64,000 nt of DNA from an uncultured delta proteobacterium (GCA_963822965.1 CAWGJT010000012.1:256001-320000); one strand, 5' to 3'; positions 1-9,986 are shown, numbered from the stretch's first letter. Notes: a model not told the origin generated them from the sequence alone. Translations and numbers: made by a program.

Positions 1-369
1 GCCGAGGAGCGCGGCCAGCGAGTAGCTGCGCCCCTTCACCTGCAGCAGGGTGCCGTGCTCGATGCGACCGGAAGCGCCCCACGCGCCGTCGCACGGCGAG
101 ACGAAGGCGTCGGGCGCAGGGTCGATGGGGCGCACGCCGTCGCGCAGCGCCCGGGTGAAGAAGTCCTGGAAGCTCGCGTACGCCTCGACGGGATCGCGGG
201 CTTCTCCGAAGTCGACGCCGAAGAGCCGGCCGAAGGCGCGGATCTCCGCGCGCTGCAGCACCGCCGGAAGCCGCAGGCGCGCCAGCCGGCCGGCAAGCCG
301 TGACACGGCGGCAAGCGGCAGGTAGCGCATCACCGCGGCCACCCGGCGGGGCCAGACCCGATCCGACAT
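1..369 (-). CDS. psd: phosphatidylserine decarboxylase proenzyme (5' part; runs off window edge)
   Basis: Manual translation (not in ORF track): MSDRVWPRRVAAVMRYLP...YASFQDFFTRALRDGVRPID...FVSPCDG...LLQVKGRSYSLAALL. FF-T-R, SPxDG and QVKG-x-Y are Psd motifs. Alternative ATG at 330. Confidence 0.9.
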   Translation of the reverse strand, partial: MSDRVWPRRVAAVMRYLPLAAVSRLAGRLARLRLPAVLQRAEIRAFGRLFGVDFGEARDPVEAYASFQDFFTRALRDGVRPIDPAPDAFVSPCDGAWGASGRIEHGTLLQVKGRSYSLAALLG

Positions 370-377
370 GCGGCGAC

Positions 378-507
378 GCTAGCAGGCCGACGAATCCTCC
401 GGATCGCTTGCGGCGCAAGCCGACGCCGAAGGCGTCGGCCTGCTAGCGGGCGAGTCCTCCGGATCGCTTGCGGCGCAAGCCGACGCCGAAGGCGTCGGCC
501 TGCTAGC
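378..507. repeat. two tandem ~60-bp palindromic (REP-like) units
   Basis: tcctccggatcgcttgcggcgcaagccgacgccgaaggcgtcggcctgctagc occurs at ~396-447 and ~456-507. It contains hairpins gcttgcg/cgcaagc and ccgacgcc/ggcgtcgg, and 378-392 is the inverted complement of the unit end. Confidence 0.85.
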
Positions 508-534
508 CTCCTCCCGCCTACCGCGGAGGCACCG

Positions 535-1068
535 ATGTCTGCCCACCTGGTCCTTACCGTCATCGCCCGGGACGAGCCGGGGCTCGTCGAGATGTTGTCG
601 CTCACCGTCTCCGACCACGGCGCGAACTGGCTGGGGAGCCACATGGCCCGCCTGGCGGGCGAGTTCGCGGGGATCGTCGAGGTGAGCGTTCCGGAGGAGA
701 CCCGGCACGCCCTGCAGGGTGCGCTGCGCGATCTCGAATCCCGGGGGCTCCGCATCCAGATCGCAGAAGCGGGCGGGCTCCCGGCGGGAGCCCCTCCCCT
801 ACGGACCCTCGAGCTCGACCTGGTGGGCAACGATCGGCCCGGCATCGTTCGAGAGATCTCCCGCGCCCTGGCGCGTCGCGGTGTCAACGTGGACGAGCTG
901 GAGACCGGGTGCGAGAGCGCGGCCATGTCCGGCGACGTGCTCTTCCGGGCACACGCTCGACTCCAGCTGCCCGAGAGCGTTACCCTCGAAGAGCTACGGG
1001 GGGACCTCGAACGGATCGCTGCGGACCTGATGGTGGACCTGCATCTCGAGGAGGAGTCGGGCTCCTGA
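535..1068 (+). CDS. gcvR: glycine cleavage system transcriptional repressor-like protein (tandem ACT domains)
   Basis: HLVLTVIARDEPGLVE...GANWLGSHMARLAGEFA and LELDLVGNDRPGIVREIS...GVNVDEL; GGAGG RBS upstream. Confidence 0.85.
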   Translation: MSAHLVLTVIARDEPGLVEMLSLTVSDHGANWLGSHMARLAGEFAGIVEVSVPEETRHALQGALRDLESRGLRIQIAEAGGLPAGAPPLRTLELDLVGNDRPGIVREISRALARRGVNVDELETGCESAAMSGDVLFRAHARLQLPESVTLEELRGDLERIAADLMVDLHLEEESGS

Positions 1069-1204
1069 CCCTCGCGGGGTGCGGCGAGCCGTCGCGGGCG
1101 CCGTTCACGGGGTCGACCGGCCGGGAGGGCCCGGCGGTGGGCTCCCGAAACGAAGACAAACCAGACCGCAAGTCACGCATCTGCCGTGACAAGGGAGGCC
1201 GCAA

Positions 1205-1639
1205 GTGACCACGATCCGCGTTCTCGCCATCCTGCTCCTCACCCTCTTCGTCGCCGCACCGGCGCTGGCGCGCAACGACACTCTCGACTTCTCGGTCGAG
1301 AACGCCAAGAGCATCGGGCCGAAGGAGAAGCTGCTCGACATCCCCTGGTTCATGGCGGGGCAGAAGCATCCCGCGGTCGCCAAGGACTTCGGGGAGGCGA
1401 AGACGAACAAGGCCACCAACAAGTTCAACAAGGAAGACGACTACGCGTGCTCCATCGCGTTCATGTCCGCCATCATCCAGCTGCAGACCCGCGCGCGGCA
1501 GCTCGGCGCCGACGCGGTGATCGACATCAAGTCGGTCACCAAGGGCATGAACCTCGAGAGCGCCACCGAGTACCGGTGCAACCTCGGGACCTTCACGGCG
1601 ATCGTCGGCCTGACGGGCCGGCCCGTGAAGCTGAAGTAG
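1205..1639 (+). CDS. exported protein of unknown function (family often mislabelled 'excinuclease ATPase subunit'; YbjQ-like fold)
   Basis: Signal peptide ending APALA; TNKATNKFNKEDDYAC...ARQLGADAVIDIKS...EYRC; GGAGG RBS. Confidence 0.7.
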   Translation: MTTIRVLAILLLTLFVAAPALARNDTLDFSVENAKSIGPKEKLLDIPWFMAGQKHPAVAKDFGEAKTNKATNKFNKEDDYACSIAFMSAIIQLQTRARQLGADAVIDIKSVTKGMNLESATEYRCNLGTFTAIVGLTGRPVKLK

Positions 1640-1658
1640 CCCGGGAGCGGTCCGGCGC

Positions 1659-1753
1659 CGCGCTCCTGCGGAGTCCGCCAGGAGCGCGACCCAGGACGAA
1701 GATCTTGGGTCGCGGTTCCGTCGCGGACGAATCCTGTGGATTCGTCCGCTAGC
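1659..1753. repeat. three serial hairpins between convergent genes (terminator or REP-like)
   Basis: cgcgctcctg/caggagcgcg, cgcgaccca/tgggtcgcg, gcggacgaatc/gattcgtccgc. Confidence 0.6.
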
Positions 1754-2891
1754 GGATCGCCCCGCTCTCCCGCAGCTTCGCGATCTCGGCGGCGCCGAAG
1801 CCGTGGCTCGCCAGCACCGCGTCCGTGTCCTGGGCGATGTGGGGAGCCGGGCGCGCGATCTCTGGCGGCGTACGGCTGAACCGCGGTGCCGGAGCCGCCT
1901 GGACGACCCCGCCGTGCTCGACGAAGGTGCCGCGGTGCACGTTGTGCGGGTGGAGAGGCGCCTCGCCCATGGAGAGGACGGGCGCGAAGCAGACGTCGCT
2001 TCCCTCCATGATCTCGCACCACTCGTCCCGGGTGCGGCTCTTGAAGATGGCGGTGAGCCGCTCGTGCAGCTTGGGCCACTGGCTTCGGTCGAGCTGCGCC
2101 GGGAGGTCTTCGCCGGCCAGGCCCGTCTTCTCCAGCAGCTCGGCGTAGAACTGCGGCTCGATGGAGCCGATGGAGACGTGCCGGCCGTCCTTCGTCTCGT
2201 ACACGTCGTAGAAATGGGCCCCCGTGTCCAGCAGGTTGGTGCCCCGCTCGTCGTTCCAGATGCCCATGGCGCGCATCCCGTACATCATCTGCATGAGGAC
2301 GGCGGCGCCATCGACCATGGCGGCGTCCACCACCTGCCCCCGACCCGAGCGACCGGCCTCGACCAGCGCGCAGACGACCCCGAAGGCCACCAACATCCCG
2401 CCCCCGCCGAAGTCGCCCACCAGATTCAGCGGAGGGAGCGGCCGCTCGCCCCGACGCCCGATGTGGTCGAGCACGCCCGCCAGCGAGATGTAGTTGATGT
2501 CGTGACCCGCCGCCTGGGCCATCGGTCCTTCCTGGCCCCAGCCCGTCATGCGGCCGTACACGAGGCACGGGTTGCGGGCCAGGCACACGTCCGGGCCGAG
2601 CCCGATTCGCTCCATCACCCCGGGCCGGAAGCCCTCGATGAGCGCATCGGTGTTCTCCACGATGCGGAGGACGGTCTCCACGCCGTCGGGATTCTTCAGG
2701 TCCACGGCGATGCTGCGGCGCCCGCGGCTCATGGGGTCCTTGGGCGGGTTCGCGGGATCGCCGCCGCGGGCGCGCTCTGCGCGATCGATCCGGATCACGT
2801 CCGCGCCCATGTCGGCCAGCATCATCGAGGCGAAGGGGCCCGGACCGATGCCCGCAATCTCCACGACCTTCACGCCTTCCAGGGGGCCCAT
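1749..2891 (-). CDS. CaiB/BaiF CoA-transferase family III, alpha-methylacyl-CoA racemase-like
   Basis: [51 protein letters not shown] (Mcr/AMACR motifs). Start trimmed from the 725-aa ORF. Confidence 0.93.
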   Translation of the reverse strand: MGPLEGVKVVEIAGIGPGPFASMMLADMGADVIRIDRAERARGGDPANPPKDPMSRGRRSIAVDLKNPDGVETVLRIVENTDALIEGFRPGVMERIGLGPDVCLARNPCLVYGRMTGWGQEGPMAQAAGHDINYISLAGVLDHIGRRGERPLPPLNLVGDFGGGGMLVAFGVVCALVEAGRSGRGQVVDAAMVDGAAVLMQMMYGMRAMGIWNDERGTNLLDTGAHFYDVYETKDGRHVSIGSIEPQFYAELLEKTGLAGEDLPAQLDRSQWPKLHERLTAIFKSRTRDEWCEIMEGSDVCFAPVLSMGEAPLHPHNVHRGTFVEHGGVVQAAPAPRFSRTPPEIARPAPHIAQDTDAVLASHGFGAAEIAKLRESGAIR

Positions 2892-2992
2892 CTCGTCTCC
2901 TCGTGCGGGCAGGCGCGCGCCGCGCCCACCACCGCCGCGTCCGCCGCGGCGGACGCACGAGCATATCGCAGGGCGGGGGCTGCGGTACCGCG

Positions 2993-4156
2993 TCAGCCGC
3001 CGCCCTCGAGGAGACCGCCGGCCTCGGCCGCGAGGTCCCGGCGCATGCGGCGCACCTTGTCGGCCGTGACGAAGAGCGCCCGCAGCTGGCAGTGCTCGAT
3101 GGTCGCGTCCACCACCGCTCCGATTTCGCGCTCGAAGTAGCCGTCGAGCTGCGACATGCGGAAGCGAGCGAAGTGCCGGCCCGTCTCGCCCGAGGTCCAG
3201 AAGTGCGCGAAGAGCCCGATGGCGTCCCGGGCGAGCTCGCCCTCCGCCGGGGCGTTCGCGTGGATGAGCGAGGTCAGCCCGTCCAGCGCCTTGAGGGCGG
3301 CGAGCATCTGGTTCTGCTCGATAGCCGCCATGCCCACCTCGAAGAGCGCCTGGCTCCGGGCCATGGTGAGGGCGCGGTCCTTGCCGCGCGACCAGCCGAG
3401 GGACTGGCTGATCGTCTGGGTCACCGAGGGGTTGCCCATGCGCAGGGACTCGATGCCGAGCACGCTCATGCCGTGGATGGCGCTCGACGCGTCGGTGTGT
3501 CCGCTGCGCGCCGGGTCGAAGGCGCGCACCGCGCGGCGCAGGACGCCCAGCGCCGGCGGGACGAGCTGCGTGCGGCCCGTGCCGCGGGACTCGACCACGA
3601 TGGTGACGGCGCCGTCGATGAGGTCCGTGAGACCGTCTCCCTCGTAGCGCGGGTGCTCGCAGACCCGATCGGTCAGCTGCTTCAGGGCCTCCAGGGTGGG
3701 GAGCTTCTCGCGCACCGGCTCGCTTCGCCGCCCGAAGTCCACCAGGTCGTGGAGCGAGTCCTCGTGCAGGCGCCCGGAAACGTCCAGCTCTGCCGCCGCC
3801 TCGGAGGCCAGCAGCTCGACGATGGCGTCCCGCTGGCCGTAGCGGCGCGGGATGACGAATGCCGTCACCACGCAGATCGCCGCCATCACGCCGAGCCCCG
3901 CGCTCCAGAGCGGTCCGTCGGACCACAGCCCGTAGCGGTAGGCGACGACGGTCGCGGCGGCGACGAGCACCGCGACGATGATCGGCAGCCCCAGATCGCG
4001 AGCCAGAAGGCGCCGGCGCTTCTCGATCACGTGTCGGATCTCCGCCGGCAGCGACTGCAGCACCACCGCGGGCAGACCGATCAGCAGCACGAAGAACGTG
4101 ACGAGCGCGTCGAACGGGATGTCCGCCGCGGACGGGATCGACGGAACGGGCGTCAT
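2993..4156 (-). CDS. hypothetical membrane protein (about 3 N-terminal TM helices plus helical soluble domain)
   Basis: 387-aa ORF with GC3-biased codons; ATG overlaps the stop of the upstream receiver gene (ATGA). Confidence 0.7.
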   Translation of the reverse strand: MTPVPSIPSAADIPFDALVTFFVLLIGLPAVVLQSLPAEIRHVIEKRRRLLARDLGLPIIVAVLVAAATVVAYRYGLWSDGPLWSAGLGVMAAICVVTAFVIPRRYGQRDAIVELLASEAAAELDVSGRLHEDSLHDLVDFGRRSEPVREKLPTLEALKQLTDRVCEHPRYEGDGLTDLIDGAVTIVVESRGTGRTQLVPPALGVLRRAVRAFDPARSGHTDASSAIHGMSVLGIESLRMGNPSVTQTISQSLGWSRGKDRALTMARSQALFEVGMAAIEQNQMLAALKALDGLTSLIHANAPAEGELARDAIGLFAHFWTSGETGRHFARFRMSQLDGYFEREIGAVVDATIEHCQLRALFVTADKVRRMRRDLAAEAGGLLEGGG

Positions 4157-4641
4157 GCGCCGCGCAGGGCGAGCAGCCGGTCGATCAGCTCGCGCAGGAT
4201 GGTGTCCGGCAGGTCGGCGCGCTTCTGCTGGATCACCTGGATGCCGAGGTCGTCGAGGGTGGCCGTGATCTCCGACTTGCAGTCCACGGAGAAGACGGCG
4301 ATGCGACGAGCGTCGAGCCAGGACGGCGCCGCGGGCAGACCGGGCTTCCCGCCAGGCTCGAGCAGCCAGCGCAGCAGCTGCAGGCCGAGCTCGGCGTGCA
4401 CCTTGTCGTAGCCGGCCCGCCGGTGCATCTCCTTCCAGTGCGGATCGTCGCCGGGCGGCAGGCGCACGTCGACGATCACGGCGTCGAACTCCTCCTCGAG
4501 CAGGTACTCGACGGCGATCGTGAGATCCTCGGCGAGCACCAGCTCGATGCGGCCGTCGTAGAGGACCGGACCCGAGAGGTGCGACAGCTCCGAACGGGCG
4601 CCGTCCTCGATCCAGAGAGCTCGCGGTCGGGTCGCAGGCAT
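4153..4641 (-). CDS. stand-alone response-regulator receiver domain protein
   Basis: LWIEDG (acidic pocket), [11 protein letters not shown] (phospho-Asp), [13 protein letters not shown], terminal K; no output domain. Confidence 0.75.
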   Translation of the reverse strand: MPATRPRALWIEDGARSELSHLSGPVLYDGRIELVLAEDLTIAVEYLLEEEFDAVIVDVRLPPGDDPHWKEMHRRAGYDKVHAELGLQLLRWLLEPGGKPGLPAAPSWLDARRIAVFSVDCKSEITATLDDLGIQVIQQKRADLPDTILRELIDRLLALRGA

Positions 4642-4726
4642 GATCGAATGGGTTCTCCTGGTCGACGGTCGTGGATTCCGCGCCGGGTCGACCGTACGCG
4701 GCGGACGGACTCGGGCGCGCCTTGCC

Positions 4727-6226
4727 TCACACGGCGAGCGGGAGGGTCATCGTCACCTTCGTGAGAAAGGGCTGGCGATAGTAGTCCCGCGCCTCGGGGT
4801 CCGGCGACGAGGCGCGCGCCGGACGACTGACCAGGACGAGGGAGCCGCGATGCGCCTCCGCGACCCGCCTGCTGTCGGTGAGGCCGATGCCGGTGCCGAG
4901 CCGCCCGCGATCCTTGGAGCGCTTGCCGCGGTAGCCCATGCGATAGACCATGCCGGCCTCGATCTCGACCTGCTCGACCGGAACTCCCCAGTTCTCCACC
5001 TCGATCTGGACGTTGCGCTCGTCGTCCGAGACGTCGATGGCGATCCACGGCGCTTCGGCCCCCTCTCGCTTCCACGAGTACTTGATGGCGTTGTGGACGA
5101 GGTTCGTGACGGCGCGCAACAGGTCGCGGCGGTTGCCGAAGACCTCGATGTCCTCCGAGCGGTTGCGCCAGACGATGTCGACCCGGGCCGCGCGCGCGAA
5201 CTCCGAGAGGTGCGCGATGGCCTCGCGCACGATGGACGCGACGGTGAAGCGCGTGCTGGGGTCATCGGTGCGGATCTCCGTGGTGATGAAGTCGCGCAGG
5301 GCCGCGAGGCTCGTGTCCATCTGGATCACCGCCGTGCGGGTCGACAGGATGTCCATGAAGCAGGTGAGACGCTCCAACGACGAGGCCGCCCGCACGGCGT
5401 CGCGCACCGCCTCCTTGGGCATGTGCCCGGGCTCGATGTCGCGACAGGCTCCCAGGATCTGACCCGTGACCGCGCGCAGCGCCGACACCCGCATCTCCGG
5501 CACCGCGATCGTCGCCTCGTAGTCCTGCAGCGTCGGCAGCACCGCGGCGAGCTTCTCCCAGCGCTCGGGGGCCAGCGCGTCGGCCCGACGCTCCGCGTCG
5601 CCCGCCTCGAGCAGGCGCTGGAGCGCGGCGGCAACCCGGGCCGCGCGCTCGGCCATGCGCTCCTCGAGGGCGTCCGGGCGGGTGGCGTCGTTGTCGCCGT
5701 GGAGATCCGGCTCGAGGGCCCGGCCCGCCGCCAGCAGGGTCTGGTTCACCATCACGAGGGTAGAGGTGTTCGCGTGCAGGATCTGGCCGATGTCGAAGGT
5801 CATCTCGCGCACCGTCTCCTGCAGGGCCTGCGTGCGCGCGGCCGAGAGATGCTCGTCGGTGACGTCGACCATACAGCCAACGAAGAGCCCACTGGCGGCG
5901 TCGGGCTCCGAGGGGATCGGCGCGAGATAGTGCTCCACCCAGACGTCGCGCGAGCCGACCTTCAGGTGCACGACGCTCTTGCCCGGCGAGGCCTCCTCGA
6001 CGAGGCGGGGATAGACGCTCTTGTCCGCGTGGTGGTCGGTGATGCGACCCTCGACAGGCCCGTCGGCATGCAGCTCGAGGAGCGCCCGGGCCTGCCGGTT
6101 GCAGTAGACCAGCCGGCCCTGGGCGTCGGCCACGTAGACCCCCATCGGCAGGTCGATGAGCGGCGCGCTCTCCAGCTGGGACAGGAGCCGCTCCAACGTC
6201 TGACGTTGGCTTTCGCCCGTGCTCAT
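4727..6226 (-). CDS. PAS-domain sensor histidine kinase (atypical)
   Basis: N-terminal PAS (PMGVYVADAQGRLVYCN...VGCMVDVT); HATPase boxes NLVHNAIKYS, VENWGVP, GTGIGL. Start MSTGES at 6226. Confidence 0.85.
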   Translation of the reverse strand: MSTGESQRQTLERLLSQLESAPLIDLPMGVYVADAQGRLVYCNRQARALLELHADGPVEGRITDHHADKSVYPRLVEEASPGKSVVHLKVGSRDVWVEHYLAPIPSEPDAASGLFVGCMVDVTDEHLSAARTQALQETVREMTFDIGQILHANTSTLVMVNQTLLAAGRALEPDLHGDNDATRPDALEERMAERAARVAAALQRLLEAGDAERRADALAPERWEKLAAVLPTLQDYEATIAVPEMRVSALRAVTGQILGACRDIEPGHMPKEAVRDAVRAASSLERLTCFMDILSTRTAVIQMDTSLAALRDFITTEIRTDDPSTRFTVASIVREAIAHLSEFARAARVDIVWRNRSEDIEVFGNRRDLLRAVTNLVHNAIKYSWKREGAEAPWIAIDVSDDERNVQIEVENWGVPVEQVEIEAGMVYRMGYRGKRSKDRGRLGTGIGLTDSRRVAEAHRGSLVLVSRPARASSPDPEARDYYRQPFLTKVTMTLPLAV

Positions 6227-6347
6227 GGCTTCGTGCTCTCGGGAGTGGCGTGGGAGCCGCGATGATACGCTCTCCCGCCCGCGGATGCCCGGGGCCGGCC
6301 GGCGGGGCCGGGCCCGCCGCGGCTTCCCGGAACGGGGGCGTGCGCTC

Positions 6348-7304
6348 TTGAAGGTCGCTGTGATCGGTGGGGGAGCGGTGGGCCTGGGTCTCTCGAGCTG
6401 CCTGCTGGCCTCGGGGGCGGAGGTGCACCTGCAGGTCCGCACGCCCGAGGCTGCCGACGCGCTCCGGCGTCACGGCCTGCAGCGCACCGGGCGCTTCGGG
6501 GAGCACCGGGCGGCGCCCGGCTCGTTCGCGGTCGGCACCGCGCCGGACGACCTGGTGGCGGCCCGCCCCGATGCCCTGCTCGTGTGCACGAAGACCACCG
6601 GCCGCGACGCCGTCGCGGACGCGCTGGCGGCCGTGTGGCCCCGGCTGGCGCACCCCGCTCCCGCCGTGCTGTGCCTGAACGGCTGGGGCAACGCCGAGCG
6701 CTTCGCCCGGGCGCTGCCCGCGGAATGGGTCTTCACGGCCACCGTCACCACCGGATTCCGCCGCCAGGGCTTCCACCGGGTGGAGATCACGGTCCACGGC
6801 GACGAGATGCACGTGGGCAGCGTCTTCGGCGCCGACACCCGGGCCGTGGCTCCCCTGTGCGCGGCGATCACCGCAGGCGGTCTGCCCTGCCAGCCGACCC
6901 CGGCGATGGAGCGCGAGGTGTGGGCGAAGCTGCTCTACAACTGCGCCCTCAACCCCCTCGCCGCCCTGCTGGACGTGCCGTACGGGGAGCTGGCCTCGGA
7001 TCCCCATCGGAGGGCGGTCGTCGAGACGGTGGTGGCGGAGATCTTCCGGGTGCTGTCCGCGCTGGAGAGAAGCACGAAGTGGCCCTCGGCCGACGCCTAC
7101 CTCGACTTCTTCTTCCGCGAGCTGCTGCCCCCGACCCGGGACCACGAGTCCTCCATGCTCCAGGACCTGCGAGCGGGGAGACCGACCGAGATCGACGCCC
7201 TGTGCGGCGCTGTCGCCCGGCTCGGCGCCGGCGCCGGCGTGCCGACCCCGGTGAACGACGCCCTGGCGACCCTCATCCGCGCGCGGCATCCCAGGGGAGC
7301 TTGA
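6348..7304 (+). CDS. panE: 2-dehydropantoate 2-reductase (ketopantoate reductase)
   Basis: KVAVIGGGAVG, LNGWGN, WAKLLYNCALNPL, SSMLQDLRAGRPTEIDALCG. TTG start assumed. Confidence 0.9.
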   Translation: MKVAVIGGGAVGLGLSSCLLASGAEVHLQVRTPEAADALRRHGLQRTGRFGEHRAAPGSFAVGTAPDDLVAARPDALLVCTKTTGRDAVADALAAVWPRLAHPAPAVLCLNGWGNAERFARALPAEWVFTATVTTGFRRQGFHRVEITVHGDEMHVGSVFGADTRAVAPLCAAITAGGLPCQPTPAMEREVWAKLLYNCALNPLAALLDVPYGELASDPHRRAVVETVVAEIFRVLSALERSTKWPSADAYLDFFFRELLPPTRDHESSMLQDLRAGRPTEIDALCGAVARLGAGAGVPTPVNDALATLIRARHPRGA

Positions 7305-7472
7305 CCGCCCCCGGGAACTCGGCTTTGATCGAAGCTGGCCGGGTCGGCGGCCAGTCGGAGCGGGCCGCCTCCCGGAGGCCCCGGGGTCGGGGCCGAGTCC
7401 CGGCCCGGTCCGGCGCCCCGGAAGTACCCGGGGAATGGCGGAGGAAGCGTCATTCGCGTCTCCCAACGAAGA

Positions 7473-8696
7473 GTGGTGATCACAGGCATCGGCCTGCTGT
7501 CTCCGGTGGGAATCGGGGTCGAGGACAATTGGTCCGCGCTGCTCGCCGCGAAGAGCGGCATCGGCCCGATCACCCTCTTCGACGCCCACGACTACCCGGT
7601 TCGCATCGCCGGCGAGGTCTCGACCTTCCGCGTCGAGGACCACTTTGCTCCCAAGGAGGCGCGCAGGCTCGACCGCTACGAGCAGTTCGCGATGGTGGCG
7701 GCCCGGCAGGCGGTGGCGGACGCGGGGCTGGACGCCGAGAGCCTCGACGGCGACCGCACCGGCGTCCTGATCGGAAGCGGGCTCGGCGGCCTCGAGACGC
7801 TCCACGCCGTCGCCGACGTGCTGCGCGACAAGGGACCCCGGCGCGTCAGCCCCTTCACGGTGCCGAAGATCATCGCGAACCTGGCGGCAGGGCTCGTCTC
7901 CATCGAGTTCGGAGCCCGGGGACCGAATCTCGCGAGCGTCAGCGCCTGCGCGACCGGCGCCCACAGCATCGGCGACGCGGCGCGGCTCATCGCCATGGGC
8001 GATGCCGACGCCATGATCGCCGGCGGCGCCGAGGCCACGGTCGGGCCGATCGGCCTCGCGGGCTTCGCCGCCATGAAGGCCCTGTCCGATCGCAACGACG
8101 AGCCCGAGAAGGCGAGCCGCCCGTTCGACCTGAACCGCGACGGCTTCGTGGCGGCCGAAGGCGCCGCGGTCGTGATGCTGGAGCTGCTCGACCGGGCCCG
8201 CGCACGCGGCGCGCGGATCTACGCGGAGGTGGCGGGCTACGGACAATCGGCGGACGCCTACCACATCACCAGCCCGGACCCGGACGGGCGCGGCGCCCGG
8301 CTCGCCATGCAGCGCGCCCTGGACGACGCCGGGCTCGCGCCGGCGGACGTGCAGTACGTGAACGCCCACGGCACCTCGACGCCCTACAACGACGCCATCG
8401 AGACGCTGGCCCTCAAGACGGTCTTCGGCGCCCACGCCGGCGCCCTGTGGATCAGCAGCACGAAGGGCTGTACGGGCCACATGCTCGGCGCCGCGGGCGC
8501 GCTCGAAGCCGCCGTGACGGCGCTCGCCATCGACCGCAAGGCCGTCCCGCCGACGGCCAACTACGAGACGCCCGACCCGGAGTGCGACCTCGACTACGTG
8601 CCCGGCAAGCCCCGGGAGCGCGAGATCCGGGCGGCGCTGTCCAACAGCTTCGGATTCGGCGGCACCAACGTGTGCCTCGCCCTCACCGCCGTCTAG
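7473..8696 (+). CDS. fabF: beta-ketoacyl-ACP synthase II
   Basis: [17 protein letters not shown] (catalytic Cys), [25 protein letters not shown]. True start is probably slightly upstream (see findings). Confidence 0.95.
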   Translation: MVITGIGLLSPVGIGVEDNWSALLAAKSGIGPITLFDAHDYPVRIAGEVSTFRVEDHFAPKEARRLDRYEQFAMVAARQAVADAGLDAESLDGDRTGVLIGSGLGGLETLHAVADVLRDKGPRRVSPFTVPKIIANLAAGLVSIEFGARGPNLASVSACATGAHSIGDAARLIAMGDADAMIAGGAEATVGPIGLAGFAAMKALSDRNDEPEKASRPFDLNRDGFVAAEGAAVVMLELLDRARARGARIYAEVAGYGQSADAYHITSPDPDGRGARLAMQRALDDAGLAPADVQYVNAHGTSTPYNDAIETLALKTVFGAHAGALWISSTKGCTGHMLGAAGALEAAVTALAIDRKAVPPTANYETPDPECDLDYVPGKPREREIRAALSNSFGFGGTNVCLALTAV

Positions 8697-8758
8697 GGCC
8701 GCCGCGCTCGGATCCCGGCGATCTCCCACGATCGGCGAGGGCGATCCGAGCCCGCGCG

Positions 8759-9883
8759 CTACTCGTCGGCGATCTCGCCCATGGCTTCCTCGCCCAGGGC
8801 TTCGGGCGGCTCCAGGAGGGGGCCTTCCCGGCGGGCGAGGTGGAAGAGCGCGAAGCCCGGCAGCACCACCTGGGGCACCGCCATCCCGATCAGCTCGCCG
8901 GCGTCCCGGGCGACCACGGTGATGCGCTCGTTCGTGATGGGATCGGTGATGGTGCCGAGCATGTCGCCCACGACGATCCGCTCGCCGAGCTCGCGCCGGG
9001 TCAAGAAGATGCCGCCGGCGGGCGCTCGCAGCCAACGAGAGCCGCGGTAGATGTGCTGCGGCTCCGGCGCGGGCCCTTCTCCCGGCAGCATGTCCAGGTG
9101 CCGCATCAGGTTGATCACTCCGTCGACGCCGCGGGCGATCTCCTCGGCCTGGAAGCGCAGGGGCTCGCCCGCCTCGTAGAGGATGGCGGGGATGCCCAGG
9201 TCGCCGGCGGCCCGGCGCAGGGAGCCCCGCGGCCCCCGGCCGTGCAGCACGATGCCGACGCCGAAGTGCTCCGCCAGCGCCGCCGTGGCCGCGTCGGTGA
9301 GGTCGGCGCGGATCTGCGGCAGGTTGCTGCGGCGGTTCGAGCCGGTGTGCAGGTCGACGAGAGCGCCACACTTGCCGAGCACCGCGGCGAAGAGGTGGTA
9401 GGCGATCCGGCTCGCGCTGCTTCCCTCGAGCGCACCCGGGAAGTAGCGGTTCAGGTCGCGACGGTCCGTGAGGTAGCGGGAGCCACGCCGGAATCCGTCG
9501 ACGTTCACGATGGGCAGCACGATCAAGGTGCCCGAGAGCTTCGCGGCCCGGGTGGTGGCGTGGACGTCGCGCGCGATCTCCACGCCGTTGATCTCGTCCC
9601 CGTGGACGGCGGCCGTCACGCACAGGGTGGGCCCACGCGCCCGACCCCGGACCACCAGCACGGGGATGTCCAGGGACATGCGCTCGAACGAGGGCGCCGG
9701 CATGAACGACAGGCGTCGGCTCTGGCCGGGCTGGATCGCGGCGCCCAGGATGAGGAGCGGCCCCCAACCGACCCCGGCGGCCGGCTCCGCTCGTGCGGCT
9801 CCGGCCGCAGCCAGCACCAGCAGCCCCGCCGCCGCGAGGCTGCAACGCAGGGCCGTCCGGGTGCGCGGAAGCCGGCAATGCAT
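8759..9883 (-). CDS. succinylglutamate desuccinylase/aspartoacylase (M14) family protein with N-terminal signal sequence
   Basis: AAVHGDEING, RRDLNRYFPG, VDLHTG, LYEAGE; C-terminal biotinyl-like WLRAPAGG. Start uncertain (9883 or 9940). Confidence 0.85.
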   Translation of the reverse strand: MHCRLPRTRTALRCSLAAAGLLVLAAAGAARAEPAAGVGWGPLLILGAAIQPGQSRRLSFMPAPSFERMSLDIPVLVVRGRARGPTLCVTAAVHGDEINGVEIARDVHATTRAAKLSGTLIVLPIVNVDGFRRGSRYLTDRRDLNRYFPGALEGSSASRIAYHLFAAVLGKCGALVDLHTGSNRRSNLPQIRADLTDAATAALAEHFGVGIVLHGRGPRGSLRRAAGDLGIPAILYEAGEPLRFQAEEIARGVDGVINLMRHLDMLPGEGPAPEPQHIYRGSRWLRAPAGGIFLTRRELGERIVVGDMLGTITDPITNERITVVARDAGELIGMAVPQVVLPGFALFHLARREGPLLEPPEALGEEAMGEIADE

Positions 9884-9986
9884 GGACGAGCCTCGCGCGA
9901 ATCGCCGCATCTGCGCGTGCGCGTGGCGGGGGGATGGCAAGGAGATACCACGGCCACCCGGCCCGGGGAAGGGGCGTGCCCCACCC

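Noticed and set aside
1749..3926. 725-aa CoA-transferase fusion
   Set aside because: The extension upstream of 2891 is off-frame read-through over the neighbouring gene; the family motif begins at MGPLEG after a GAGGAG RBS.
5262..9878. 1538-aa minus-strand ORF
   Set aside because: Shadow ORF typical of high-GC DNA; it overlaps panE, fabF and others and has Arg/Pro/Gly-biased composition with no motifs.
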